Shown piece after piece: positions 38,001-47,000 of a DNA stretch of 64,000 nucleotides; the stretch's first letter is position 1; every line of letters begins with the position of its first letter. The notes beneath the pieces were generated by a model that saw only the letters and a list, made by a program, of their open reading frames with translations, was not told the DNA's origin and made no database searches. A program made the translations under genes and the position numbers. Source of the stretch: a virus. The DNA is taken from positions 24,817 through 88,816 of IMG/VR virus record IMGVR_UViG_3300030329_006606. One strand, 5' to 3'.

Positions 38001-38029
38001 GCAAGACTATCATAAAATTCATTATCCAT
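29024..38029 (-). CDS. 3001-aa modular protein: pro-M43 metalloprotease with an internal insertion, followed by arrays of Cys-rich modules and Thr linkers
   Basis: MGCG cysteine-switch-like motif, CNIYIV, HEAGHYLGLAHTWG (37055-37087), DTP, NYMDYS (about 36254-36271), FTKGQ; GxCC modules. Confidence 0.85.
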   Translation of the reverse strand: MDNEFYDSLARSTGSNDAEKEKNILNNSFSELSSRTGQSSGEVLKNLKLNNIWNDDIHPSMGMGCGSSVVMEQLIQDNPEMENILLQQKAVITKKFFEIREEEVEREVAKVNLWTVAGPHVPGYTEPPWSPAHGNDDVLKICCVIHVCVPGIESNPNLVPDSVLQSGMEQLNAHFKGYKESGHPDYDPAKFPDGARWADRYAGDTKIEFYWVPGDPNTRINKNYASGTAISFLNTQNYNDPANGGSTPADVSKYCNIYIVDGDSSSGGPAGFASGPSVGNNKDGITINWSAWYSNPNRYNAAGQHTMPNEITLVHEAGHYLGLAHTWGQEKAGDDNAQCESIDDWGIKDTPAQNGPNEAGVCQANWSWTEFANGNMPGLCFNSRNATISNGSGGLNFSSCNLTREQGAIKTINNIQSATGWVVGTYNNVSATGGSGSDVKFNVAVSTSNPPYAITITTNSPTVAWRGGKNYTVGDTLTIAGNDVGGGPDIVFDVDSVGPGAITPPASCTPETDSSGMCLNPTTHYEVSNYFDYGNCACKVTSWKFEMYGTTKKRLVESTDCCTRAVSHWNRNSCVSSPDDFNDMWENYMDYSSCAMMFTKGQKWWMRAVILTYRKGLLCAEAGTTTTSAGATTTSGPCFVCENGEVVYRLEKPGTILGGTDPKKDPKSGYYKECEDDKSSGSVGIYENAYIFFDEVQSKWALSHDYKLTNNGIFGYHTKSGNGDDPTGTYEDGAGNQFQVQVGHCGTTTTATPTCKPVECVDDPFTPGGTQSGNGTDGTWQFMSDNGQFPHLLGAGANVSKLWCDHSLVVTGECNDCTKAQKGRTAGHSTWYQNKCYYVSDASTLNQSSNRELPPDTAGIGWTEVDCCTTTTSTAPPPVPCVGDTEGSDGKKDMILVIFAHDWWGESLADDLQVNLNGTPIGKVPWANKKPRVYRNQANRGKNGAIFIGSTDTSLGFDQTLKGGITANGPSGFCSNAPCQRYEYIYLSGRLADQTVYYFDPDILKSGKNFLTAKNVTNKYGALRYMEVYLYEKDSTTGLLKENCYVTSLKVDIWADDDWPKDWREDCNNMTVAGPIKKTQGNVNTQQTGVSTSVTTLIGKSTARKNEDCGAWLENNFIFKNLYNPVNPGKNNGISPCGGCPIVYEVEVNGFMSSGSPAQNGDKFSLKFFPWGSRGTTTTPAGSTATTQCPPKECAGMNCDPKLDPMCVDRTGQDFIVTAEYLGDDDKSASNLADLIEKAAPDDYPLCTSVKGNVVTIVGPYDGYGFDLEISYWPTNSGWVQASPPAGGVKPPGHDSRSTNLMVGQPFVGNKYAWTYKSTVTKHVPGQYTPNGKPVVAPYKQGGSGGWPARAPQFGHRWGPGSCPDNGNWVTQTINNEESIKNAECSNSGSSCELTFGPNSTVRWHPRGQAMSGIFYIGQYMTQYNSECEKTEIWECCATTTSTTTTTTGTTTPPTTPPTTLCYECRGCAPYSNKKWYTSLTIDPWASIANMQTALAACATQLITDGLPAAIYGTQACSVHKINQDPKYNGTLAGPCPTVTTVAPPVTTTTQTTVPPTPCNPSLECCSWVNCAHVCDNSKKGVGCLSQISKAGMNAILWISGGNVMNDIDHGMVLTVNEGKNNEESVTVIDVQLDHIKVISTIFDHEIGECLNIRGMHFRTQGDWKEGQICHDDSDGWNRNHSLSNFGNTPKPHFNPTPNDGSGTLNFEPCSFDGVDTVDCHGTIYTSNGLCLDTSRMIGDYNSWDTRINMDDLPYIKGIGENCGPEANDTWTCPTTTVAPTTAPPTTSTTPQGQHCYECFLDDTPGDPNSGGWSGWYFWGPANLQTSDPQGCDECKNLYLQNTGKPWVLPYTCGNNTIAFQPRDASLCLNQATTPPPQDYCVQCTNSCQEGWYIKLTYNPLDKPRQAIIACREAWKRHSRQQQHDACMCDGSAANPAWGMRAIEDENEISSRSQVVSVGGCTCAIGSDWVMGQAYGNEPASSAWFPDSNNPNLVHTLIVEPANCACTPGTTPPPIGPCCFHAVGRFGPDCRLMTQAQCLSWGASPGILVVDWKGAGKKCEHVDCTNRGRPTEKGLCCKPVLPPTTNGRGACCVEDVDGNAECHDNLTQKECLDDKAGVQWTQGAVCSANPCNRCPSCDNAQQNGWESEEKCKEFYCGDGVNGCCGGGTNENENESENPFRVHLINGFGGENLRTERWPSCELCDQEYPNDLFLNKEECKASVCISGLALPCCEPVTTAAPPVGVQGDGLSDCVVLTKQECEERYGVGNKWIAGITNVNKAACETLCGDNVPEHCIECFAASPTTNMVSWKITTKFTLQNWNNSDPNWNLAIQECNKATPANVTVTGGAVSVKDCGDPPAGGDAECCIQCAKKEDWWDNAGIKHEYKVWHISSKIVPAGGVVMDSATPPNCTVGNIDLIKEACAAAWPSPPSSKYPWGGGVVGGPLTFPNVPWQGNVGGAQASTGFGFVPDWRCDIIALPLPVATTPAPRPKKCIQVIGVKDSNARPDASKYNGVYYSNDVNGTHSIYYHLDNCPEASLGQNNTTECMWVVEHTVFGWMGADNSNLYVWARDYDSGLMPEPVGVNFVNEDGSPIVVEWCPSCEPLVEMEVAVQQIASSEPCQVCTEVGMSTLPNWQVAGYSTLQECKDDYCDPVSNNLPASLQETSCCAGGTTTSTTPAPGTTTTAPVGMCCFLAGSSQTLGCGMMTEAQCNDMNSHNDTTVLSWIAGENNCVGFVDKCNAATTTTAAGTTTTTASGTTTTASGTTTTASGTTTTTTTAAPNNICLTASNAVTFSTVNGVNSYIFGGSYGSYKTTTGTYVLTGVPSAHPIAILNNGKTSQISYTGTTSQGTKTALDGNSYQYFYGDITITVSSNYGTVSYECWNHGYMGGQNNLSYDASCTQPTTTTSAPPSTTTTEDPGGGGDPNYQVRVYDGSCVAGSIEIWDDANAIGPHSVGDFVSSTSSGYWVCAEILSTSSLSGTSTITMGGFSDCADCRAYDEGF
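29709..29771. repeat. coding tandem repeat (GTCGTAGTGGTCCCAGAAGCC)x3 encoding ASGTTTT
   Basis: Three perfect 21-nt units. Confidence 0.85.
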
Positions 38030-38058
38030 AATATTTTTATTATCTATTATTATTAATC

Positions 38059-38072
38059 ATTACAGTATTTTC
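38059..38072 (-). promoter_or_regulatory. variant late-promoter motif AAAATACTGTAAT
   Basis: One mismatch to GTGTAAT, in the gap upstream of ATG 38029. Confidence 0.35.
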
Positions 38073-38082
38073 AAAAAATACG

Positions 38083-41000
38083 TCACGGCATAATATTCCC
38101 CGAGTTATATGTTCCACCATTCCATGGGGCCATACAGCTATGTGGAATATTATTACCTAAATCTCCATCATTATGCAGTACATCACAAGTTTTGCCCATC
38201 CACTTATTTAGGACTGTTAATGTCGCAGTCCCCGTCCACGCTGTCTTAGTCCAACTATTAACACATATACTCGCGCTCGAAGAGACAAGGACTGGTTGTC
38301 CGTTTATCATTCTTGTTACCGTTATAGCTCTTTCAAGTAACAGTGTTTCATATGCCATTGTTTCAACTCCACCAATTTCATGAGAAACGGCATTTGGATA
38401 TGCGGCTGCAGTTCCGTATTCGTCTATAAACCTAACTTGTTGATTTGTTCTGCAATCTATACCAATATACTCCTGAACGCCCGGCGCTGGGGTTGTTGTC
38501 GTGGTTGTCGGACCCGCGGTTGTGGGGTTTGGTACGGGTGGTGGCTGAGTTGGTCCCACGGTTGGTGACGCTGTACCAGCAGGGTTAGGTGTTGCGCCAG
38601 TGACGCCGCCCGGAACAAATACCGGAGCAACCGTTGTTGTGTAGCATTTATTGTTATATGTTAATGCCAGATAACAACCATTTAAACATCCTCCTGCTGG
38701 GAATTCTCCACTATGTCCACTTACAATTAATCCTAATTTTTCAGGGGTATCGCAAGGCTCAGGGGTGGTTGTCGCTGGGCAGCCGTTCTTACTCGGGCAT
38801 CCGCACTCTTCCCAGTTTGAGCTTATGTCTGGGCTTTCGCTCCATTTTGTGGTGGCGTCGACCGCGTGGGCATCTTTCACCCTATAGCACGTTTTAATAA
38901 ATTCTCCCGGATTATTTGGATCTTCCTTTTTCAAGTATACCTGAGAATTAGATCTAAACCCATTATGAGCACTCGTCTGAACAACCCCCTGACAAGATCC
39001 TAAAATACATCCACCATCCCAATGACAACAACTCTTATTATCACAGAAGCCTCCGGACCAAGAATGAAACTCTTCAACGACCATATCAGTCCATTCGTGC
39101 TTTGGAGTACAACATCCACCCGGCAACGTTGGGCCTTGGGTAGTAGTAGTCGTCGCTGATTGCAATGGCGCGGCCGCGGTCGTAGGCGTAGCTGTTGTTG
39201 TGGTGGCAATCGCCACTACTTGTGCCGCGGTTCTACTCACAATACAAGCAGATCTTCCTGCGCCTCCGCGCCCCACTTTCGCTCCGTATTGCCAAGTTAC
39301 AGTTGAATCCCAAGGATTAGAAGCGCTTGACCTATTTTCGTCCGCAGTCCACGTCCACGGACAACGATGAGTAGAGTATGAGATGACCCCCTTAGGAGGA
39401 ATAGCCGGACTCATTTCCCATCTTCCCAATTCATTTCCGGTAACGCCCTTAAATACATTCCAATATATATAAACTGATTTAAACGGCTGACCTGTGGCGC
39501 AATCTCCATACTCTTCAGATTCCTTTGAATACCGCCAAGAACATTTACCATTAACACAACCATTTGGAATCCAACAACCATCATTCAAACAAGAAACATC
39601 AGCGTGCGTGGCGCAACTCGCCTTAGTTAAACCGCTTACATTTAACACGGTGTCGGAACCATTATCACAACATTTTGTAATTTTATATTTGTTTTGTAGT
39701 GCATTTTTCTCGGCAAGCCCTATGACTGCGGCATTTGCCGAATGTGATTTAGCAAAAGAAGAGGTCGCTGTCGCAAGCATACCAACCCTTTTTGTCCGTT
39801 GCGCCGTCATGAGACCACTCAATGTACTAATAGAAAACGTTTCCTCGTTGGACGTCCAAGGATCTATAACCAAAGAGTCCCCCACAGATAAACCACTATG
39901 ATGCCTAAGATATACTGATGTAGACCCAATCGAAATAGGTTGAACCAAATTATTTGTATCACAAACGCTTAAGCTACACGGAGAACAGTCCTCACCATTA
40001 GGTTGGTTGACTTGAGAATCAACCATATCAACACAAGCAGAACAAGAGCTTCGGGCTGATGCACTATTTCCATACTGCGAGCTTTTGAACACGCCAGTAT
40101 TTGTAGAGAAACTCCAGTGAGCAAAGCAGTTATAGCTCGCAACCAAAGTCCAAGGATTAATTTTTCCAATAGAGTTTAAGCTATCCCAAAGATCTTTATA
40201 GGTTGTTGCCGCCGTAGACCCATCTGAAGTTGACCATTCCGTAGGTAAAGCCGTATTATTTCCGCCGACACCCGTTATTGTCCAACAAGTTTTTACATCA
40301 GACCCATCTGCTGTAGCCCATACCACATCTCCTAATTTTAGATCATCAAAATCCAAGCCCGAATTAGCCATGTCTATATCAGAGAAAATCGTTACAAACA
40401 CGCCGGGGTTCCATTTGCTTTCCCAGCAAGAGGCATCGGTTGGGTTACCCCACGCATCCACATCACTACAATTAGATCCCGCCGCAGGAGCCTGAGACCA
40501 AGAATTCACCCAGCTTCCAACATCCCAAGAAGGTCTTTGTTTCGTCCAGAATCCACCGCATTTGTTTATATTTTGCCCCAGATCGCTAGAAGAAAAAGTG
40601 GTGTTTGCATAACAACTTATATTGTTTGAAACACCCCAGAATTGATTATAGAAATAATCTTCTGAAGGTTTATAAACTAATGAACTTGTAAACTGAGCAG
40701 GCACAAGCGCGCCAGACGACCACCCAGAGGATTCTGTTATGTCAAAAACGGGCACCGATGCCATATGATGCTCTACTATATAGTATCTAGCTGGTGCCAC
40801 AGTTGTGGTTGTCGGACCTGCTGTTGTGGTAGTTGTCGGCCCCGAAGTAGTCGTCGGCCCCGAAGTAGTTGTTGTGGTGGTTGAAGTCGTTGTTGTTGGG
40901 TTAGAAACTAATTGAACCACGGCGCCTTTCGAGTGAGCTTTGGTTAATGCCGTAACCAAAACAGAACCCAAGCCAGTAACGGTTACAGTTTCAGCGTTAT

Positions 41001-44000
41001 GCTGGTTGGCATCTATCGAAAGGGTTGCCCCGACCTGAACCCAAGCTTGATCCGTTAGATTAATGGTAGTATCTCCGATATTCGCCGCTTGATCCAGTAA
41101 CGCTCTATTTGCTTCCTCTCCTTCACACCCACTTGTTAATATGCATACTTCTTGATTTACTCCATCCACACAAATAGTTATAGTTCTAGTAACTACAGGC
41201 TCCCAATGTAACCCTCCCCCATTATTCCATAATATAGAGGGTGCGTTTTCGGGGCAAGGTAAAAGTGTTCCATCTCCACCAGTGCAGTCTCCTCCTCCAC
41301 AGAAGTGTAATTCAGAAACAGAAAGCTTATCAGACTTAAATCCTTTTTCAAACGTTACGCATTCTTTAAATGTGGTTTCACAATAGAAGGTTGATTCGTT
41401 CCAGACTAAAAGATTGTTGTCGCATAGCTCGCCGGGTTCACCGATCATAACCAACTCCTGTAAATGTGTATCACCTTCGATAGTTAAATTTTGCTTGCCG
41501 GTTATATTACATTGGAATGTCATAGCTGTCCACCAATTGGTGTTACAACACTCATTTCCAGCGTTACCTATGTCTCCGCAAGGATCATCACCAAAACCCG
41601 GTTTACCTTGGTAGCCTTGATAACCAGAGCCTTCTCCACCTTGGAAACCTTGATAACCTTGACCGCCAAGGCCTTGATAACCCTGATAACCTTGGTACGT
41701 AGCGTAACCACTTTGTCCTTGATAACCTTGGAAACCTTGATACCCCATATTAGTGCAACTTCCGTGACAAATAGTAACTGATAGTTGACCATTAAACGAG
41801 CTTTCTAAGCCGGTTATCTCCATGTAAGCTTGTGTTGGTTGGGGTGCGCCAGCAGGTTTCGTAGACGGGACAAAAGTTGATATCGTCGATCCTTCAAATT
41901 TTTCTTCACCAGCTTCGTTTTGATTTACGCAAATGGGCTCGCCTTCGGTCCAGCAATTTTCTGCATTATTCAAGTATGCTTTAATTTTTCCTCCAGCTAA
42001 AGCTTCCCAACCTCCAGCAGTAGGAACAGCGTTACCGTTTGGATCACCAATGAAAGTTTCGCAAGCTGGACAACCTTCACCTTTGGCACCTTGATAACCT
42101 TGAAAACCTTGTGCTCCTCGATAACGAGCGTAACCATCTAAGCCCTGATAGCCTTGATAACCCTTATAGGTTGCGCTGCCATCTTTCCCCTGATAACCTT
42201 GGGCTCCTTGGTAACGAGCATAACCATCCAGTCCTTGGTAACCTTGAGCTCCTTGGTAACGAGCATAACCGTCTAAACCTTGATACCCCTGATATCCTTG
42301 GTACCCTTGATATCCTTGGTACCCTTTATCTCCTTGATACCCTTTATATCTCGCATAACCATCATACCCTTGATACCCCTGATATCCTTGGTACCCTTGA
42401 TAGCCATTCTTGGGGCACGGACCAAGACATATTATTAGCGTGTCACCCTTTTTTGCTCCCTTGCCTTCGTCGACCCCAGCTACATCAAATTTTACTTCAG
42501 ATCCCTCGCCAACATCAGCGCTAGCTATGGTTAATGTATCATTTAATTTATAACCTGAACCGCCGCTAACTACTGTCACTGTTGTGCCCGAACCATCTAT
42601 AACTACTTTAAATTTTGCCCCAGACCCCGCTCCTCCACTAGCTGAAACCTCAGTGTATTCTCCTGAAGCGTCGCCTCCGGAAATATTATCTACACTCTGT
42701 ATAGCGCCTTCATTCTCGCCCGCCTCAAAAGGGTTATTGCTTGCAATAGCCATATCGCCACCGCCGGGCTCAATAGTGAATGTTCCTTGTTGTCCCGTGG
42801 CGGGATTATAAACGCAATAAGTTTCACCGGGACACAAACAATCTTCCACCTCTGATTTATCACAACGCTTTGGTTCCTCCCCGCCAGCGCAACAATTTGG
42901 GTGATCTTCTTCTGCACCTGAAGATATGCATTTTGCACCCTCTTGCCCTTCGTCAGAACCCTTCTGAACTTTTGAGCATGCGTCCGGACAACAGTCTTGA
43001 AAAAAGCAGCAAGCATCATCACAGCAACAATCCGGAACACATGCCTGAGTAGAATCAGAATTACACATTTCGCATTCTGAACCGAAATCTCCACCATCAT
43101 TTGGGTTTTTATAACAACAGTTCCAATCTGGAGACCCCGGTGCCCCAGCGTTAGGTTTATCTGTATCACAAGGTATACATCCAGCTTTTCTGCAACACTT
43201 CCACCCTCCAGCCTCATTACATTCTCCGCAAGCGCCACCCGGCAATGTCGGGTCTTGGGTAGTAGTCGTTGTACCCGGTCCACCCGTTGTTGTCGTGGTT
43301 GTTCCCGGCGGCGCGGTCGTATTAGATATTTGACCACATTGAGCAAACGAATCTCCCGGACACGGGATACCGGAGAATAGTCCACCCTGCGAATTTGTTG
43401 TACCATTAAGTAAATTAGTTCTATTCGGTGAAATCTCTAAATTGGCATGCATTACATTCATCTGCCCGCAAGTAAATATGCTTTGACAAGTTTCCCCGCT
43501 ATAATCCATGAAATTTTCGTACATATCAAGCGAACCGCACGTTTCCTTGCTTGGCCCGGGACAATCTTGCCCAGACGACTGGTCCTGAAGAGGGGTGTCG
43601 GCTACACCATCATCTCTACTACAATCGCCATCACCCCAAATATGTCTCAAACCAAAAAAGTGCCCAGCTTCATGAACCATAATTATACCGCTATCTTTTG
43701 CGTCAGATCCCCACGACCCATCATAAGCTCCATCACAACCATCGCCCTCTCGCCCTTCGGATGTAGCGCCGACAGTTCCTGTATGATCACCGAAAGCTCT
43801 GTGGTCCATAACTACGCCATCCTCATTACCCGTCGGGTGCAAATCTGCCCTAAAATTCGGGAATGTACCATAACCATACAAACAGAACCCGGCTGGCATT
43901 AATAAATGACATACCCATATATTAAAATGACCATCTACTGCGTCGGACCCGCCTGTTGAGTCATGCTTAACTGGGTCCGGTTTTGAATCCCTAGAGGCAT

Positions 44001-47000
44001 TATTTTCTGGCCAGAAAGAAGTTGAATCAGTATATTTTCTGGTAACCCCAGCTAGCTCAAATTGTATACAGGCGTTAGCTGTTTCGTTCTGCCACCTACT
44101 AGGTTTATATCCGTATCTTCCTCCGCCTCCACCAAACCCTCTATTTAGAGCTTTGATTTGTGATTCAATTTGTGCGTCAGATATATTTTGATAATCTTCA
44201 TGCCACACGACATGAACCCATACCTTAACTAATTTTGATTGCCCAGCAATAACACTGAGGGTTTGTGCTTTGTTTAAAACTTCTTCTTCTTGTAGTTGTG
44301 CTAAATTTTTCGCAAATGGATTATTATCCATATGAGATTTTATAAGATCATGAGCAATACACCCTCCGCTCTTCAATACGCACCCTGTGTCAAGACTTAT
44401 GTCTTTGGTGATGTATTTATCATCCCAAGGCATCGAAAAGCCAGAACTATTACTTTTAACAATCTTCGCTTCAGAATAGGGTTGTTTCGCTACGTTTTCG
44501 GGGCATGTCGTACACGTGGTCGTAGCCCCATCACCACCATCGCCGCCGTCCTCACAACATGGATCGCTGAACACTGAGCAATCCGGATCCAAGGCTGGAG
44601 AACTATAACCTACCGCTTGACAATCTCCAACTTTAACATAAAGATCTAAATCTGGCTGAAGGAGCGCCCCCTCCCCCTTGTTCCAACCCAAACTCGCATC
44701 TATGGAGTAGTCCATCGGGTCCGTACAAGGCGCGGCCGTAGTTCCTCCCGGGGGGGCTGTTGTCCCGCCGCCGTTTTGTGCGCAAGTGCATGGCGCCCAC
44801 ACACCGGTTGCAGCCTCTGGGGGTGTGTTGATATGAGTAGTATTCGCAGCATCACCATCAAGACATTCCCAACAGGTATCATCACAGGAAGAGCAACCAC
44901 ACCCCACGTTACATGATGCCACATCACCCGTAGTCCATCCGCCAGAAATAGTCCAAGTATATGTCGGCGTACAAGTACCAGATTGAGTAGTAGTAGTCGT
45001 AGTGGGTGAATTAAAAACATTTGATTCCTCCGGTGCACCTGCATCGGTAACCGTGTATGTTTTGCCATTAGCAAAATCATTTTGTGCTCCAGTATTATAA
45101 CCGGCGTAAGCTATAGCATCATTCTCAGCAAATGTATGAGATTCTCCCGCGGCAATAGTTTCCCCATTAACCTCTATGCTGTTGGTGCTATGATTATTTG
45201 TGAATTTAACAGATTTAACTGGTGCAGTTTCACCAGCACCGTCACTACTGTATTCAAGAGCACATTGACTATGTTGGTTATAATAAACGCTAAATGTTTC
45301 TGGTTTGGAAAATTTCCCACTTATTTTTTCTGGCGGAAAGCCTACGTTATTACACCCCGGAAAAACGTCCTTCTCTAAATTTAGAGAACACTTAGCAGAG
45401 GGTGTTGTACAGGTTGAATCCCCCACTTCATTGCACCACGTTACCTCAAAACAAGACGGACAACCGGATGGACCCGCCTTACCTTGTGCTCCCTTAGGGC
45501 CATCTTTACCTTCTTTACCTTGATAACCTTGGTAACCTTGATAGCCTTGATACCCCTGACAAGGTACGGCATAATCATAAACCAATGTTCCGTTTTTAGC
45601 TTCACAATTAGTCGTTGCTTCTTCGAGGGTAATTCCTCGAACTAAGAACGTTTTCGGGTTCGGCCATTGAGGCTCTGGATAAAAAGGAGAGGAGTCTTGA
45701 GATTCTTCATTTATTTCTGCATCAATGTCAATTACTTTTGATAAATCAAATGGATTCCCCGGAATTGGAATCTCATTATTCCAACAATAATTACAAGGCT
45801 CAGTCTTCATGACTCCTTGATCAACCCATTCGTATTCTGGGCATCTATCATTCACTCCCGGTCCACAATGGAAAGAAAAATTACAACCATTATTACAAAC
45901 GTTCGGTAAATTATTCCCTGTCCATCCTTGGCAATCCCCGTACCTTTGCTCCATGCAAACGGTTTCTCCTCCTCCGTCAGCGCCATGGAAAGTTCTATGA
46001 CATGCATCAGCATCACCACCACCCCAAACAGAACAAGTGTCCCCTCCGGGACCATCAGGACAACACATGCCAGAGGTCGGCGGCGTCGAACTCCCGGGTG
46101 CGTCAACCACACCACAATCTTGCCTCGGAATGACCAGTCGTCCAGAATTGGTAAAATAAACGCCATCGGCATGGGTTGCCCAATCCCAACAATCACCGAC
46201 AAACCTGATCATTGTCAAAGGCGCACATCCACCTTGACACCCGCAACAATCATCACAAACATTACATAAGAACCATTGGACTTTTCCTTGACATATTGGC
46301 CCACCCGTTGTTGTCGTGCCGGGCGTTGGCGTAGTCGTAGGTCCAGCCGTGGTGGGTGGAGATGTTACTCCGTCACCACGAGCGCAAAGCCAGCACTTAT
46401 CAACACCTTGATAACCTTGAGATCCAGTTGAAGGCGTAAAGTCGATAGCAGGCTTACATTTTTTTGTATTTCTTACCCTGCTCTTAATATTAACATCTCT
46501 ATATGTTATAGCCGCATATGGTATATCCTCGTACGTGGGCTTAGAACAGTTACTTTTAATAGCGTCTATACTCACATCACCACCGCCGTCAACAAATCCA
46601 GCGTCTCTTAAGTTGTCTGGATTCATTGCTAAATTAGCGTTGTTTATACCCGCCCACTTCGGGTCGTTTGGATGAACACAACCCAACATTTCAGACAGAT
46701 AGACTTCATTAGAAATGCCCTTATCACCCATCTGCAACAAAGGCCACCATGAAAATTGCTGTCCTGCGTTTTGAAGATTAGTATTAAAAGTGTTAACCCT
46801 ATGTATATCTAAGGTTAATAATCTATTAGAATACCCTTTGCCCAGAGGAACATTCCTGTCGATTGCAGTATCCCCAAAAGCGCTCCCCCCACGATTCAGT
46901 GAGCCCCACGACACGGCTCCGCCCTCAAATAAGGAGTTATGCGATCTACCTCGGTATTTATGTTGGGAGCCATCGTCACCTGACCACATAATAAAATCTT

